From: Candidatus Bathyarchaeia archaeon
GTDB taxonomy: Archaea; Thermoproteota; Bathyarchaeia; 40CM-2-53-6; DTGE01
Length of the DNA stretch: 34,730 bases
Assembly: GCA_038825355.1 (NCBI GenBank)
Contig: JAWBPF010000002.1
Coordinates: 1-34,730 of the forward strand
Direction of reading: 5' to 3'
Shown: positions 33,405 through 34,730 of the stretch, piece after piece
How the letters are laid out: each line of letters starts with the position of its first letter
Numbering within the stretch: the stretch's first letter is position 1
Position numbers and translations under genes: made by a program
Notes under the pieces: model-generated
Told to the model about the DNA's origin: nothing
Databases searched by the model: none
Seen by the model: only the letters and a program-made list of their open reading frames with translations

Positions 33405-34730
33405 GTGACCGCCAAATCTACAGGTAGTCTAAGGGACAAGTCAATTATAGAGATACCCTTTAAACCGCAATCGATTGAAAGTGTTGAAATCTATGATACT
33501 ACGCTCAGAGATGGAAACCAAGCGGTTGGAGTAAACTTCTCTAAAAGCGATAAGTTGAAGATAGCTAGGAGACTCGATGAAATAGGGGTGTCCTCCATAG
33601 AAGGGGGTTGGCCTAACGCTACAAATCCCTCAGAAGTGGAGTTTTTCCGTGAGATAAAGAGGGAAGGTCTAAGGGCTGAGATCGTAGCCTTCGGCCGAAC
33701 CAGGAAACCATACGTGTCTCCCGAGGAAGATGGCGATCTCCAAGTGTTATTAGAGGCTGAACCTGACTCCATAATCGTCATGGGGAAGTCCTGGCCACTC
33801 CACGTATTCAAAGTCTTAGAGACATCCCTGGACGAGAACCTTAAGATGATCCAAGATACCGTGAAATACCTGGTTGAGTACGGTTATGAACCTATTTTCG
33901 ACGCTGAGCATTTCTACGATGGTTTTAAAGAGGATAGAAGCTACGCCTTGAAGGTTTTGGAGGTGGCTGCGAAGGCGGGGGCCTCTAAACTGGTGCTCTG
34001 CGATACAAGGGGATCATCCTCGCCCCTTGAAATCTATAATATTACGAGGATGATTTCGAAGAACTTCAATCTCCCAATAGGAATCCATGCCCACAACGAT
34101 AGAGGCCTAGCCACCGTGAACAGTTTATTCGCGGTCTTAGGCAATGCCGGTCAGGTTCAGGGGACGATAAACGGCATAGGTGAAAGGTGTGGTAACGCAG
34201 ATCTAGTCGAGGTGATACCTAACCTAGAATTCACATTCGACATTAGAACCGGGATAGATCTTAAAAAGCTCACTCAGATCTCAGACTATATATTCGAGAT
34301 AGCGAATATACACAGGGATAATTATAAGCCATTCGTGGGAAAGTACGCTTTCTCCCATAAAGGGGGGATACATGGACATGCGGTTTTGAAATGCCCAGTG
34401 GCCTACGAGGGGTTAGATCCAGCCCTCGTAGGTAATGTACGAGATATAACGGTTTCATCCCAGGCAGGGGTTTCAAACCTCATAGCTAAAGCTGGAGAGT
34501 TCGGATTCAAACTTGAGAGGGGATCGGCTGAAGCTAAAAAAATACTATTGAAGATAAAAGAGCTGGAAGGGAAGGGATACAGCTTTGAAAATGCGAATGC
34601 AAGCCTCCGCCTCTTAATCGCTGAGGAGCTGGGGGAGGGCTTAAACTTCTTTAACCTTGTTAACTGGAGGGCCTATGTTCTATGCGACGATGGAAGGATC
34701 TCAGCTGAGAGCACCGTTAAACTCAGGCTG
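33405..34730 (+). CDS. cimA: Citramalate synthase / 2-isopropylmalate synthase family (CimA-type), 3' end beyond the window
   Basis: Absent from the ORF track because there is no stop in the window. It translates VEIYDTTLRDGNQAVGVNFS, FDAEHFYDGFKEDRSYAL, IGIHAHNDRGLA and GIGERCGNADL. The frame opens at 33351. GTG 33405 is preferred (GGTGA at 33389-33393), with GTG 33390 and TTG 33396 as alternatives. Confidence 0.85.
   Translation, partial: MTAKSTGSLRDKSIIEIPFKPQSIESVEIYDTTLRDGNQAVGVNFSKSDKLKIARRLDEIGVSSIEGGWPNATNPSEVEFFREIKREGLRAEIVAFGRTRKPYVSPEEDGDLQVLLEAEPDSIIVMGKSWPLHVFKVLETSLDENLKMIQDTVKYLVEYGYEPIFDAEHFYDGFKEDRSYALKVLEVAAKAGASKLVLCDTRGSSSPLEIYNITRMISKNFNLPIGIHAHNDRGLATVNSLFAVLGNAGQVQGTINGIGERCGNADLVEVIPNLEFTFDIRTGIDLKKLTQISDYIFEIANIHRDNYKPFVGKYAFSHKGGIHGHAVLKCPVAYEGLDPALVGNVRDITVSSQAGVSNLIAKAGEFGFKLERGSAEAKKILLKIKELEGKGYSFENANASLRLLIAEELGEGLNFFNLVNWRAYVLCDDGRISAESTVKLRL

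Noticed and set aside
1-34730. CRISPR arrays, rRNA genes, transposases, integrases or defence-system genes.
   Set aside because: I saw no regularly spaced direct repeats, no rRNA-like sequence, and no ORF with transposase, integrase, nuclease-helicase or Cas-like features.

Overview
This window looks like archaeal chromosome, probably from a thermophile. Supporting signs are TATA-box or leaderless gene starts, GGAGGTGA-type ribosome-binding sites, an EndA splicing endonuclease gene and heavily intron-disrupted tRNA genes of the kind known from Thermoproteota-like lineages. Most of it is housekeeping sequence. Positions 367-11358 hold two convergent purine-biosynthesis operons: purE-purM-purS-purL-purQ on the plus strand and purF-purD on the minus strand. 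purF-purD continues, with overlapping or abutting stop and start codons, into a HAD-like gene, a formylmethanofuran:H4MPT formyltransferase (Ftr) homologue and a PfkB kinase. The rest contains four tRNA genes (Gln-UUG, Ile-GAU, Arg-CCU, Arg-UCG) that together carry about seven introns by hand folding, five at non-canonical positions. It also contains an AT-rich segment with a lone radical SAM gene, a class IV aminotransferase plus amine-dehydrogenase-like pair, pcm and an M20 peptidase. Further genes are an orphan solute-binding-like protein, an Asp/Glu/hydantoin racemase, an HhH-GPD glycosylase-like protein, a UPF0016/GDT1 transporter, a large nitroreductase-fold protein with a small wHTH gene, an LLM-class oxidoreductase, endA-hisS, an eIF2B-like sugar-phosphate isomerase, an HTH-phosphoribosyltransferase fusion, an MBL-fold protein and the 5' part of citramalate synthase. 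I found no CRISPR array, rRNA, transposase or integrase. The best leads are the purine-embedded HAD/Ftr/PfkB trio, an Ile/Val/Leu-rich apparently leaderless uORF ending 5 nt before cimA, the intron-rich tRNAs, an unexplained 700-bp gap at 22800-23502 and two small zinc-ribbon ORFs below the ORF-track size cutoff. All calls come from reading translations and folding RNAs by eye. Intron and start-codon boundaries are approximate.
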